Positions 10,199-18,599 of a stretch of 64,000 nucleotides of DNA are shown piece after piece. The notes below the pieces were generated by a model. The model was not told the origin of the DNA. It worked only from the letters and a program-made list of their open reading frames with translations, and searched no databases. Made by a program: the position numbers and the translations under genes. The DNA comes from Candidatus Thorarchaeota archaeon (GTDB lineage Archaea; Asgardarchaeota; Thorarchaeia; Thorarchaeales; Thorarchaeaceae), in the NCBI GenBank assembly GCA_004524445.1, contig SDNP01000008.1, positions 29,080-93,079 on the forward strand. The letters run 5' to 3'. Every line of letters begins with the position of its first letter. Position 1 is the first letter of the stretch.

Positions 10199-10224
10199 GG
10201 CTTTCGGCCGCGAGCTCCGCTTGA
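9937..10224 (+). pseudogene. Truncated heavy-metal P1B ATPase (first about 87 aa only)
   Basis: Collinear with the N-terminus of 18583-20505 up to 'HLGITFL', then diverges and stops. Confidence 0.9.
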
Positions 10225-10603
10225 TGTAGCTGGGCCACTCACCTAGTACACTATTGTATGTGTCTTGGGCTATTTGATCTTCCACAGACTTCATGTTGGG
10301 ATCAGCTATGAGATAATCAGACAGGAATTGGACACTTTTGCTGGACAAATGAACTAGAAAAAGGAAGGTACTATGTTATTCCAGAAGGCGTACCTCTACG
10401 TCTTGCCGAATGATGGTCATATCGCATAGAATCTTGCTCTTACATGAGAAAACATGAGTCTTGGGAGTTGTCAGATTGCAGCACTCTATGGTGAGCTGAA
10501 TCGCATGTTGGAACCGGATGCCGATTCAGAGAGCGTCATCTACCTCAGCTCGGTGAGCTATGCGAGGAGAAAAAGCGAGAGTAACTGGTTTCTCAATCAA
10601 TGG

Positions 10604-13120
10604 TTACTCTTCTTGTTCGCCCTTCTCGATGATCGGAATAAGCCCCTTCCTCTTTAGAGGTGCTGAGATTCTATTCCTCGCCTTTTCATTCTCTTCCTTG
10701 ATCATGTCGATACCAATATCCTTGAGGCTCTGATTCAGCTCTTTCATTGTTCTTGCAAAGATGAGTCCCTCAGCAGCGGAGATCTCCTTCCATAGGAATC
10801 TCTCGGTGCTGATTCCTGCTCCTTCAAGCACCTTATGGTAGCGTTGGAACCTCTCATACGCGATAATATTTCCGCTGATGTAGTGACAGTCTGTGGGTCT
10901 GTGGCATGCACCCACCATGACTGCTCCGGCGCCAAGTCTGAAGGCCTCCGCGACAAAATCCGTGTCCACCCTGCCGGAGCACATCACTCTGATGATCCGT
11001 GAATTGGGGGGATAGGTGAACCTGCTTGTTCCTGCAAGATCAGACCCTCCATAACAGCACCAATTGCAGGCAAAGACCAGAATCTTTTCCTCGGCCTTGT
11101 CCTCCAGTGCTGCTCTGATCTGTGAGAAAATCATAGGGTCAGTGTAGTGCATCTGCTCAATAGCATCGTGGGGACAAGACGCAACACACGTGCCGCAACC
11201 ATGACAATTGGCTACGTTGACAACGGCAGCTTTACCGTCTATCGCTGTGATGGCAATGTAGGGGCATTTATCGACACAGATGCCACAGTCTCGCTCAAGA
11301 TTCTTGCATCTCTCGGGGTTAACAACGGCAACGATGGGTTCAATCTCGACAGTGTCTTTGGACAGAATGGTTGCAGCACGCGACGCTGCACCGCTGCCAG
11401 CTGATACTGAATAGGGTATATCTTTGAGACCCTGGCAGGCACCGGACAGGGTGATTCCATCCACAGGTGTATCGAGGGGCTTGAGCTTCGGATGTGCCTC
11501 CATGAAGAATCCGTCAGCGCTTCTAGTGATATGGAGTTTCGAGCCAAGCTCCCCAGTCCCAAAGCTTGGCTCACCAGCAGTTGCTAGGATTAGCAGGTCG
11601 ACCTCAACTTGGACCTCGCGTCCTAGCAGTATATCTTCAGAACGCACAATGAGATTCTTGGTTCTGGGGTCCTCGATGACCTCATATGGTCTGCCCTTTA
11701 TGAAGGTGAAGCCCGCTTCTCTTCCTCTTGTGTAAAATTCCTCATATCCCTTCCCAGTAGTCCTTATGTCGATGTACCATATGAATATCTCAGTGTCTGG
11801 GTAGTGTTCCTTGATCAAAGTAGAATTCTTTAAAGTGTACATGCAGCAAAAGTTGGAGCAATACTCGTATTTATTGACATCGCGAGACCCCACACATTGG
11901 ATGAAGCCCACGCGATGAGGGTGTTTACCATCAGACCTGCGAATTACTTCGCCTCCTGTGGGTCCTCCCGCACAAACGAGTCGCTCTACTTCAAGGGCGG
12001 TTATGACATTCTCGAATTTCCCGTAACCGTAATACCCTTCTTGCACAGCTTCAGATTCTCCTCCTCTGACAGGTTCGTACATGGAATGATAGCCCGTAGC
12101 CACGGTGATAGTTCCCACCTCAACTTCGATCTCTTCTGCTTCCTGTTCGAAGTCGATGGCTTGCCGTTCGCCGCAGACATCAACACACTTGTAACACTCG
12201 ATACAATGGTCACGGTTTATTGTGAACACGAGAGGTACTGCTTGTGCGAAGGGTACAGAGATGGCCTTTCGTGTTCCGAGATTCTGTTCCCACGCGTTGG
12301 GGTACTCGATTGGGCAGACCTCAGCGCACTCGCCACAGCCGGTGCAGTTATCTTGGATGACGTACCGGGGATTCTTTCGAATTCTGACCTTGAAGTTGCC
12401 GACGTATCCATCTACATGTAAAATGTCCGCAAACGAGAGGATTTCGATGTTGGGGTGTCGTCCCACCTCGACCATCTTTGGCCCCTCGATGCAGATTGAA
12501 CAGTCCAGTGTGGGGAAGGTCTTGTCGAGCTGAGCCATGTGACCACCAAGGCTCTCGTCATGTTCGACTAGATATGTCTTGTATCCCATATTGGCAAGGT
12601 CAAGAGCGGCATGGATTCCGGAGACTCCTCCTCCGATTACCATGGCTCTATCTGTCACAGGTACTTCGAACTTCTGCAAAGGCACGGTCAGTGCAGCCTT
12701 GACAACCGCCATTTTTATGATTTCTTTCGCTTTTTGCAGAGAGTCCTCCGTTTCCTCGTGACACCATGAGCAGTGTTCTCTGATATTCGCCATAATAAAA
12801 TTGAACGGATTCATTCCTGCCTCCGAAACCGTGACCCTAAAGGTGGGTTCGTGCATCCGAGGCGAACATGCGGCGACCACCACCTTGTTGAGATTGTGTT
12901 CCTTAATCCCCTCACGAATCTCCTTCTGACCAGGATCAGAACATGTGTATCGGTTCTGTTTTGCGTAGACAACCGAGTCCAGCGTTTTCACGTATTCTTC
13001 CAATGCGTCAATATCGAGAGTGCCAGCAATGTTGGAACCGCAATGACAGATGAAGACACCAATTCGGGGCTTTTCGGCTACGAGTGTCACGTGATTCTGT
13101 TCGGCCTGCGTGTCAGTCAA
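10604..13120 (-). CDS. hdrA: Heterodisulfide reductase subunit A fused to an MvhD domain
   Basis: 'RIGVFICHCGSNIAG', FAD motif GGGVSG, 'DKTFPTLDC', ferredoxin inserts. C-terminal MvhD motifs 'FACNWC..G.D', 'RVMCSGR', 'CH.P.DCHY'. Confidence 0.95.
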   Translation of the reverse strand: MTDTQAEQNHVTLVAEKPRIGVFICHCGSNIAGTLDIDALEEYVKTLDSVVYAKQNRYTCSDPGQKEIREGIKEHNLNKVVVAACSPRMHEPTFRVTVSEAGMNPFNFIMANIREHCSWCHEETEDSLQKAKEIIKMAVVKAALTVPLQKFEVPVTDRAMVIGGGVSGIHAALDLANMGYKTYLVEHDESLGGHMAQLDKTFPTLDCSICIEGPKMVEVGRHPNIEILSFADILHVDGYVGNFKVRIRKNPRYVIQDNCTGCGECAEVCPIEYPNAWEQNLGTRKAISVPFAQAVPLVFTINRDHCIECYKCVDVCGERQAIDFEQEAEEIEVEVGTITVATGYHSMYEPVRGGESEAVQEGYYGYGKFENVITALEVERLVCAGGPTGGEVIRRSDGKHPHRVGFIQCVGSRDVNKYEYCSNFCCMYTLKNSTLIKEHYPDTEIFIWYIDIRTTGKGYEEFYTRGREAGFTFIKGRPYEVIEDPRTKNLIVRSEDILLGREVQVEVDLLILATAGEPSFGTGELGSKLHITRSADGFFMEAHPKLKPLDTPVDGITLSGACQGLKDIPYSVSAGSGAASRAATILSKDTVEIEPIVAVVNPERCKNLERDCGICVDKCPYIAITAIDGKAAVVNVANCHGCGTCVASCPHDAIEQMHYTDPMIFSQIRAALEDKAEEKILVFACNWCCYGGSDLAGTSRFTYPPNSRIIRVMCSGRVDTDFVAEAFRLGAGAVMVGACHRPTDCHYISGNIIAYERFQRYHKVLEGAGISTERFLWKEISAAEGLIFARTMKELNQSLKDIGIDMIKEENEKARNRISAPLKRKGLIPIIEKGEQEE

Positions 13121-13126
13121 TGTTGA

Positions 13127-13993
13127 TCACTTTTCTCCACCCATGTTTCGTCGTTTCATGGCCTCGGCAACTTTGCTTGTTCTTTTCCTCCGAATTTCAC
13201 GATCGAAGGCATCAGAGGTTGCCAGTTTCTCCAACGCTTTGTTCCACGCCCCAGATTTGACAGGGGTATGTCGAACTGATGTCCGTGTAACAATCAACGC
13301 CTCCTCCGGCTTTGGGCAGACTTGGAGGCATGCCTCGCAGTAAACACAGTGCCTTCCTAGGGGATGAACATTCCCATCCTCGCTTAGTTCCAGAGCCTCT
13401 ACGGGACAAACATCTAGGCAGCTCTTGCAGCCTTCAGGACACTTCTCCTGATGGATGATGATGGAGCCCAAGAATACCGGACGAACAAGAATCGCCCCTT
13501 CTGTCCTGTCTTCACAATGTCTGCAACAGGGACATGATTTCTCATCGATGACTAGTTTTCCGTCTTCTACTGAGATTAGATTCAACGGACACAACTCGTC
13601 TGCCCTATCCAGATAAGGATTTATCCTCTCTTCATTGACCTTGATTTCGCGAACATAATGAGGGAAACTCTCCGTTTCCTGGACACACACGACTGGCTCA
13701 CCATTGACTGTATGTTCGATTGCCCCGAACGGACACATTGCTTCGCACATGCCGCAGTGGTCGCAGAGATGTTCGTCAATATTAAGAATCGACGCTTGCG
13801 CAACCTCTTCCCCGTCTACTATTGTCTTTTCTCTGTCGACAAGAGAAATTGCGCCTATATGACAGATTGTTTCACAAACGCCACATCCTCTACACTTTTC
13901 TCTGTCCACGATTAGCAGGAAGCGTTTTGTGTAAAGCCCCCGTTCGATGACCAAAGCATTGTGAGTTTCTGTCTTCTTCAGTCGTAATGGCAA
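13127..13993 (-). CDS. Polyferredoxin (FwdF/MvhB-like multi-[4Fe-4S] protein)
   Basis: Several CxxCxxCxxxC motifs. Lies 6 bp upstream of hdrA. Confidence 0.85.
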   Translation of the reverse strand: MPLRLKKTETHNALVIERGLYTKRFLLIVDREKCRGCGVCETICHIGAISLVDREKTIVDGEEVAQASILNIDEHLCDHCGMCEAMCPFGAIEHTVNGEPVVCVQETESFPHYVREIKVNEERINPYLDRADELCPLNLISVEDGKLVIDEKSCPCCRHCEDRTEGAILVRPVFLGSIIIHQEKCPEGCKSCLDVCPVEALELSEDGNVHPLGRHCVYCEACLQVCPKPEEALIVTRTSVRHTPVKSGAWNKALEKLATSDAFDREIRRKRTSKVAEAMKRRNMGGEK

Positions 13994-14316
13994 ATATCTA
14001 AACTTCCTCTATCGTCTTGCTACATTGTGACTAGGATGCGTCTTGCAATGTCACATATATTAAATCTATTTTTTAGGGAAACAAAAACTTGGTGGGAATC
14101 CTATGTTTGGATAGACCACGTCCATGTTTCTTTATTCAGAATAGAACCTGCCAGCTGCAAGTATTCGTGTCTTGTTCATAGATTCTATCGATCCGACTAC
14201 TCATCTTCTCTACTGTCCTAAGTCAATTCGTTTGGTCGTAGGTGGACAAGCCTCAATACTTTTATCACATGTTCATTCGTTCTGACGCGTAAATATGCAT
14301 TTCGAACTGGCCGAGA

Positions 14317-16233
14317 GTGGATAGCGTGAAAGGATACGCGAATAATATCTTGTACATCAACTTGAGCTCTGGAAAAACAAAGACCGAACCACTAGGGAAG
14401 GAGATGGCTAGAAATTTCCTTGGTGGTGCAGGATTCGGTATCAAAATGATTACAGATCATCAGCGACCCACCACAGATGCCTTTGATCCTGAGAATCCTA
14501 TAGTATACTCGTGTGGTACCTTTTCTGGTATGATGGTAGCCGGGAGCGGCAGCAAGTGGGGTGTCGCTGCAAAATCGCCTCAATCACAAGGACTTGGCGA
14601 GGCATATTCAACCGGATTCTTTGGCGCTGAACTACGGAGAGCTGGATATGACATCGTCATGGTGACGGGAAAGGCTGAGCGGCCGTCATATATCTACTTA
14701 GAGGATGACAGCGTCCAAATCCTCGACGCCAACCACTTGTGGGGGAAGCATAACTGGGACACTGAGGACACAATCAAATCAGACCTGGGAGATCCTGGGG
14801 TGAGAGTAGCATCGATAGGTCCAGCAGGAGAGAATCTCGTTCGCTTTTCAGCTATTATCAATGATAGGCTCAGAGCAGCCGGGCGCACAGGAATGGGCGC
14901 GGTGATGGGATCTAAGAACCTCAAGGCTGTCGCAGTTAGAGGCTTCAATGATGTAGAAGTTGCTGATGTTGATGGCTTCAAAGAGTTCGCGCTTGAGATC
15001 TATGAAAAGTCAAAAGGACCCGCCACAGAGAAGTACCGACTACTTGGTACCGCGGCCAACGTTCTGACACTAAACAAGCAGGCTGCCATGCCCACGAGAA
15101 ACTGGCAAGATGCAGTATTTGAGAACGCAGACAAGATAAGTGGAGAAGCTCTCAATGAAATGCATGTTGAGAAAATACAGGGTTGCGATAGCTGTGGAAT
15201 GCGCTGCGAGCATGTTGGTGTGGTAAGAGAAGGCCCATTCAAAGGTGCAATCGGTCGTGTCGAATATGAGCCAAGCTATGCTTTTGGATCGTGTACAGGT
15301 GTTGACAGACCCGATGCCATTATCCGGGCTGTACAGCTCTCTGACTTATACGGTACAGATGCGCTGTCAACAGGTGTTGTGGTTGCATTTGCTATGGAAG
15401 CATACGAGAAGGGAATCATCAGCAAGAAGGACACAGGTGGTATAGAGCTCGAGTTCGGTAACGCCGAGGGTATGTGTGACATGATAGAAAAGATTGCCCT
15501 CAGAGAAGACATAGGGGACCTCTTGGCTGAAGGTGTGGAACGTGCAGCCGCTAAACTAGGAAAAGGGGCAGAGAAATTCGCTATGCATATTAAAGGTGTG
15601 GAAATGACGGGTTATGATGTGCGGGGCCTCAAGACCTGTGCTCTAGGTTATGCCGTGTCGCGCAGAGGCGCCGACCATCAACGACATGGTGCCTACGGGC
15701 CCGATTTGAAAGGGCAGGTCGACCGTTTCAAGGCTGAGAAAGGAAGGGGTCAACTTGTCATCGATGGAGAAGACCTCTATAGCGTCATCGATTCGCTCAT
15801 AATTTGCAAGTTCTCAAGAGGGATATGGGACTACGACAGTTATGCCAAGATGTACACTCTGGCTACTGGAATTCCAATGACTGCAGAGGAAATGCGACGC
15901 TGTGGCGAGAGAATCAGCAATTTGGGCAAAATCTACAATCTCCGGGAGGGCATCGGTCGTGAAAGGGACACACTGCCCATCCGATGCATGACTGAACCGA
16001 TTAAGTCGGGAATTGCAAAGGGTTCTCTAGTCACTCGGGAGGAACTGGATCTTCTTCTTGATGACTATTATGAAACGCGGGGTTGGTCAGAAGATGGTAT
16101 CCCATCAGATGCCAAGCTCAAGGAGTTAGGACTCGAGGATTATGCCGAGCACCTGAGAGGCTTGAAGAGGACAGACACCAAGAGGAAGAGTGGGAAGAAA
16201 AAGACCACGAAGAAGATGACGAAGAAGGATTGA
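14317..16233 (+). CDS. aor: Tungsten-dependent aldehyde:ferredoxin oxidoreductase
   Basis: 'SIGPAGENLV', 'AAGRTGMGAVMGSKNLKA', 'CDSCGMRC', 'EYE', 'DSLIIC'. Lys-rich C-terminal tail. Confidence 0.92.
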   Translation: MDSVKGYANNILYINLSSGKTKTEPLGKEMARNFLGGAGFGIKMITDHQRPTTDAFDPENPIVYSCGTFSGMMVAGSGSKWGVAAKSPQSQGLGEAYSTGFFGAELRRAGYDIVMVTGKAERPSYIYLEDDSVQILDANHLWGKHNWDTEDTIKSDLGDPGVRVASIGPAGENLVRFSAIINDRLRAAGRTGMGAVMGSKNLKAVAVRGFNDVEVADVDGFKEFALEIYEKSKGPATEKYRLLGTAANVLTLNKQAAMPTRNWQDAVFENADKISGEALNEMHVEKIQGCDSCGMRCEHVGVVREGPFKGAIGRVEYEPSYAFGSCTGVDRPDAIIRAVQLSDLYGTDALSTGVVVAFAMEAYEKGIISKKDTGGIELEFGNAEGMCDMIEKIALREDIGDLLAEGVERAAAKLGKGAEKFAMHIKGVEMTGYDVRGLKTCALGYAVSRRGADHQRHGAYGPDLKGQVDRFKAEKGRGQLVIDGEDLYSVIDSLIICKFSRGIWDYDSYAKMYTLATGIPMTAEEMRRCGERISNLGKIYNLREGIGRERDTLPIRCMTEPIKSGIAKGSLVTREELDLLLDDYYETRGWSEDGIPSDAKLKELGLEDYAEHLRGLKRTDTKRKSGKKKTTKKMTKKD

Positions 16234-16246
16234 TGGAGACAACAGA

Positions 16247-16738
16247 ATGGCGAAAGGAAACAAGTTTGTGAGTTGTGACCCAGATCTCTGCACTGGTTGT
16301 ACTGTCTGTGAATATGCATGTTCCCTTGAGAAGGACAGGGTCTTCAACCCCATCAGGTCTCGGATTAGGGCCGTTCGTGTCTATCCGAGCAGCAATCTCG
16401 CAATAGCTTGCATAATGTGCGAAGACGCCCCCTGTGTCATCGCTTGCCCACGAGATGCTCTGCAACAGAGTGAGAAAGACGGTCATATCATCGTCAATGA
16501 AGACAAGTGCAATGGATGTGGTTGGTGCGTTGAAGCGTGCGATTTTGGAGCAATCACAGTAGGCACTGACAGAATTGCTATCGTCTGCGACCTTTGTGAT
16601 GGTGAGCCAAAATGTATAGAAGTCTGTCCAGTAGAAGCTCTCTCATTGCAGAGCCGTGAAACTGCAGCACGGAAGTCTCGAATAACTGCAACAGTCGCCC
16701 GAATGTTGGCAGCTGAAGCCTCAGAGGTCGACAAATAG
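16247..16738 (+). CDS. 4x[4Fe-4S] electron-transfer subunit of AOR
   Basis: Four ferredoxin-type Cys motifs (DmsB/HydN-like), directly after aor with a GGAG RBS. Confidence 0.9.
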   Translation: MAKGNKFVSCDPDLCTGCTVCEYACSLEKDRVFNPIRSRIRAVRVYPSSNLAIACIMCEDAPCVIACPRDALQQSEKDGHIIVNEDKCNGCGWCVEACDFGAITVGTDRIAIVCDLCDGEPKCIEVCPVEALSLQSRETAARKSRITATVARMLAAEASEVDK

Positions 16739-16755
16739 AACAAGTATGACAGAGC

Positions 16756-17277
16756 CTAGGTTTTGTTTCTCTCGTTTCTCATCTTCGCAGTCATGTTCTT
16801 GACCAAGCTCTTTACCTTTGCCTCTTCACCATGGACTATGACTGTGTCAGGGTCTTCCTCTTTGATTGAGAGGCCCAAATCTGAGGCCATTTCCTTTATC
16901 TCCCCCTCTCTAATTACCTCACCTATCGTAAGGCGGATCCAGTAGTCTGCTCGTGGAACCCCCGGAGAGAACGGTCTTGCCCGTGATATCTGAGGCTCAG
17001 ACTCTCTGGCCTGTTTGATTCTGGCTATCCATTTGTCCGCATATTCTGGACCCACCCTGTTTTCAGCAAGATAGACCAGTTGTCCCTCCAGATTGTTCAA
17101 CTGTTCCTCTACCTTTTGCATAGTCTCTTCATAGGTGGGGTCTGCTTTCAGGATGTTGATATTGCCGTGGACAGCCTTTAGTTTCCTCAAAAAGTCTGCA
17201 GGTATCTCGACATTTCTTTCCTTGAGATCGCCAAGCAATTCCTCTAAGACTCTCCAGACTGCGTAGTAATTCCACAT
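16756..17277 (-). CDS. DUF2096-like archaeal protein
   Basis: 'W.VL.ELL.DL....VEIP', 'F.PG.PR...WIR', 'IVHG....VK..VK' resemble DUF2096. GGAGG RBS. Confidence 0.65.
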   Translation of the reverse strand: MWNYYAVWRVLEELLGDLKERNVEIPADFLRKLKAVHGNINILKADPTYEETMQKVEEQLNNLEGQLVYLAENRVGPEYADKWIARIKQARESEPQISRARPFSPGVPRADYWIRLTIGEVIREGEIKEMASDLGLSIKEEDPDTVIVHGEEAKVKSLVKNMTAKMRNERNKT

Positions 17278-17289
17278 AGCCTAAGCCTC

Positions 17290-17406
17290 CTAGACTCCCT
17301 CTTCTTCCCTTCGCTCCAAGTTCGTGAAAACTTCGATAGTAGGGGCTTCGTAATTAAGAAGCCGAACTGGCGTCTTGCACCCAAGATAGAGCAAAATGTC
17401 ATTCAT
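17290..17406 (-). pseudogene. hdrB: Truncated hdrB remnant (38 aa)
   Basis: Manual translation MNDILLYLGCKTPVRLLNYEAPTIEVFTNLERREEEGV* aligns with the intact HdrB N-terminus MDEIMLYRGCTTPVRLPNYEAATIAVLEKLG. Same TAATG overlap with hdrC. Confidence 0.85.
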
Positions 17407-17942
17407 TATTCTTCTGCCTCGGGGAAGTATTTCTTCTTAATACGTTCTACGAATTTTTTGTTCCAATTCAACTCTGTTTCGAGACCCATATCGTCCCGAT
17501 CATCTTCAATAAAATCTGAGTAAGAATCTTCCAAAAGCCATCCATCTTCAAGAACTGTGTCAACAATTTGCCTGTAAGCGTGAGGAATATGCTTTTCTTT
17601 TGCAGCTATGCGTCGAACTGCGTTCAATATATCCGCAGGGCTAACCCCTTGTGGGCACACCTCCGTGCATGAATGACACTTACTACAGACCCATATTTCA
17701 GAGCTGGAGATAAGGTCTTCAACTAAGCCAAGCTGAACCATGCGTATCATTTTCCGAGGTCCTTGATATTCATCACTATATTGAGCGATAATGCATCCTG
17801 CAGTACACGTACCGCACTGGAAACACCGCCTTAGGCTTTCACCACCCGGTTCTCTCAACACCTTATGTTTGAACTCAGGGTCTACAATAACAGGCCTTCG
17901 ACGTGATACAGGTTCTTTGCTTTCTGTTGCTTCTTCAGTCAT
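17406..17942 (-). CDS. hdrC: Heterodisulfide reductase subunit C
   Basis: 'CFQCGTCTAGC' and 'WVCSKCHSCTEVCPQGV'. Its 3' half is highly similar to 38525-39022. Confidence 0.9.
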   Translation of the reverse strand: MTEEATESKEPVSRRRPVIVDPEFKHKVLREPGGESLRRCFQCGTCTAGCIIAQYSDEYQGPRKMIRMVQLGLVEDLISSSEIWVCSKCHSCTEVCPQGVSPADILNAVRRIAAKEKHIPHAYRQIVDTVLEDGWLLEDSYSDFIEDDRDDMGLETELNWNKKFVERIKKKYFPEAEE

Positions 17943-18246
17943 GTACTCCACTCACAAATATCTTTGCAGGATGACTTCTGTTTTCAAGCAAGCAGTCGGT
18001 ATTAACATTTCCCAATCACGAAATCTTGGAGATGAATTTACTACTGTAACCTGACATGCTCATCTCTATGTGTCTTCACCCTCAAACCAAACCAGTGGGC
18101 TTCATAACTTGTCACGTATTAATTGATATTCCTTTGTAAAAGTGCAGGAGATTGAGTTCCCAAAAGCCTGCTATCTGCTCGCGTATTGGCTTGATATGGC
18201 CCCTTCTTCTCCTACTGCACAGGAATATTTATCATGGCCAAAATAT

Positions 18247-18262
18247 TTGAATATATGCTCAA
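18247..18262. promoter_or_regulatory. Putative ArsR/SmtB operator
   Basis: Imperfect palindrome TTGA-ATATATGC-TCAA upstream of the arsR ATG. A degenerate copy (TTGC-ATATGTGC-TCAA) is at 9601-9616. Confidence 0.45.
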
Positions 18263-18296
18263 TCATTCACATATATCACCAGGGAAGAGGAAAGTC

Positions 18297-18599
18297 ATGG
18301 AACCCATCAACCTAACTGAATCAGATATAGAAGAGCTGTCGAAGGTGTTTCAAACGCTATCAGACCCATCGAGACTGCGCATTATAGAGATTCTGACACA
18401 AGATGAAAATATCACCGTAAGCGAAATAGCTGAAAGAGTGAATCTGAGTGTTAGCAGTGTTAGCCATCAATTGAGCAAACTAAAGGATAGAGGATTTGTG
18501 GGAGCCAAGAAGATAGGTCGAAAAGCAATCTATAGAGTCAAAGATGATTGTATTTATTCCATATTAAGGAGAGCAACTGTGCATGTTAGAGATCAGTGA
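18297..18599 (+). CDS. ArsR/SmtB-family metal-responsive regulator
   Basis: 'FQTLSDPSRLRII', 'SSVSHQLSKLK..G.V' HTH. Start placed at ATG 18297. Confidence 0.9.
   Translation: MEPINLTESDIEELSKVFQTLSDPSRLRIIEILTQDENITVSEIAERVNLSVSSVSHQLSKLKDRGFVGAKKIGRKAIYRVKDDCIYSILRRATVHVRDQ

Noticed and set aside
10225-10603. Possible mobile-element end or gene at the left island junction
   Set aside because: No terminal inverted repeats, transposase fragment or convincing ORF could be recognised.
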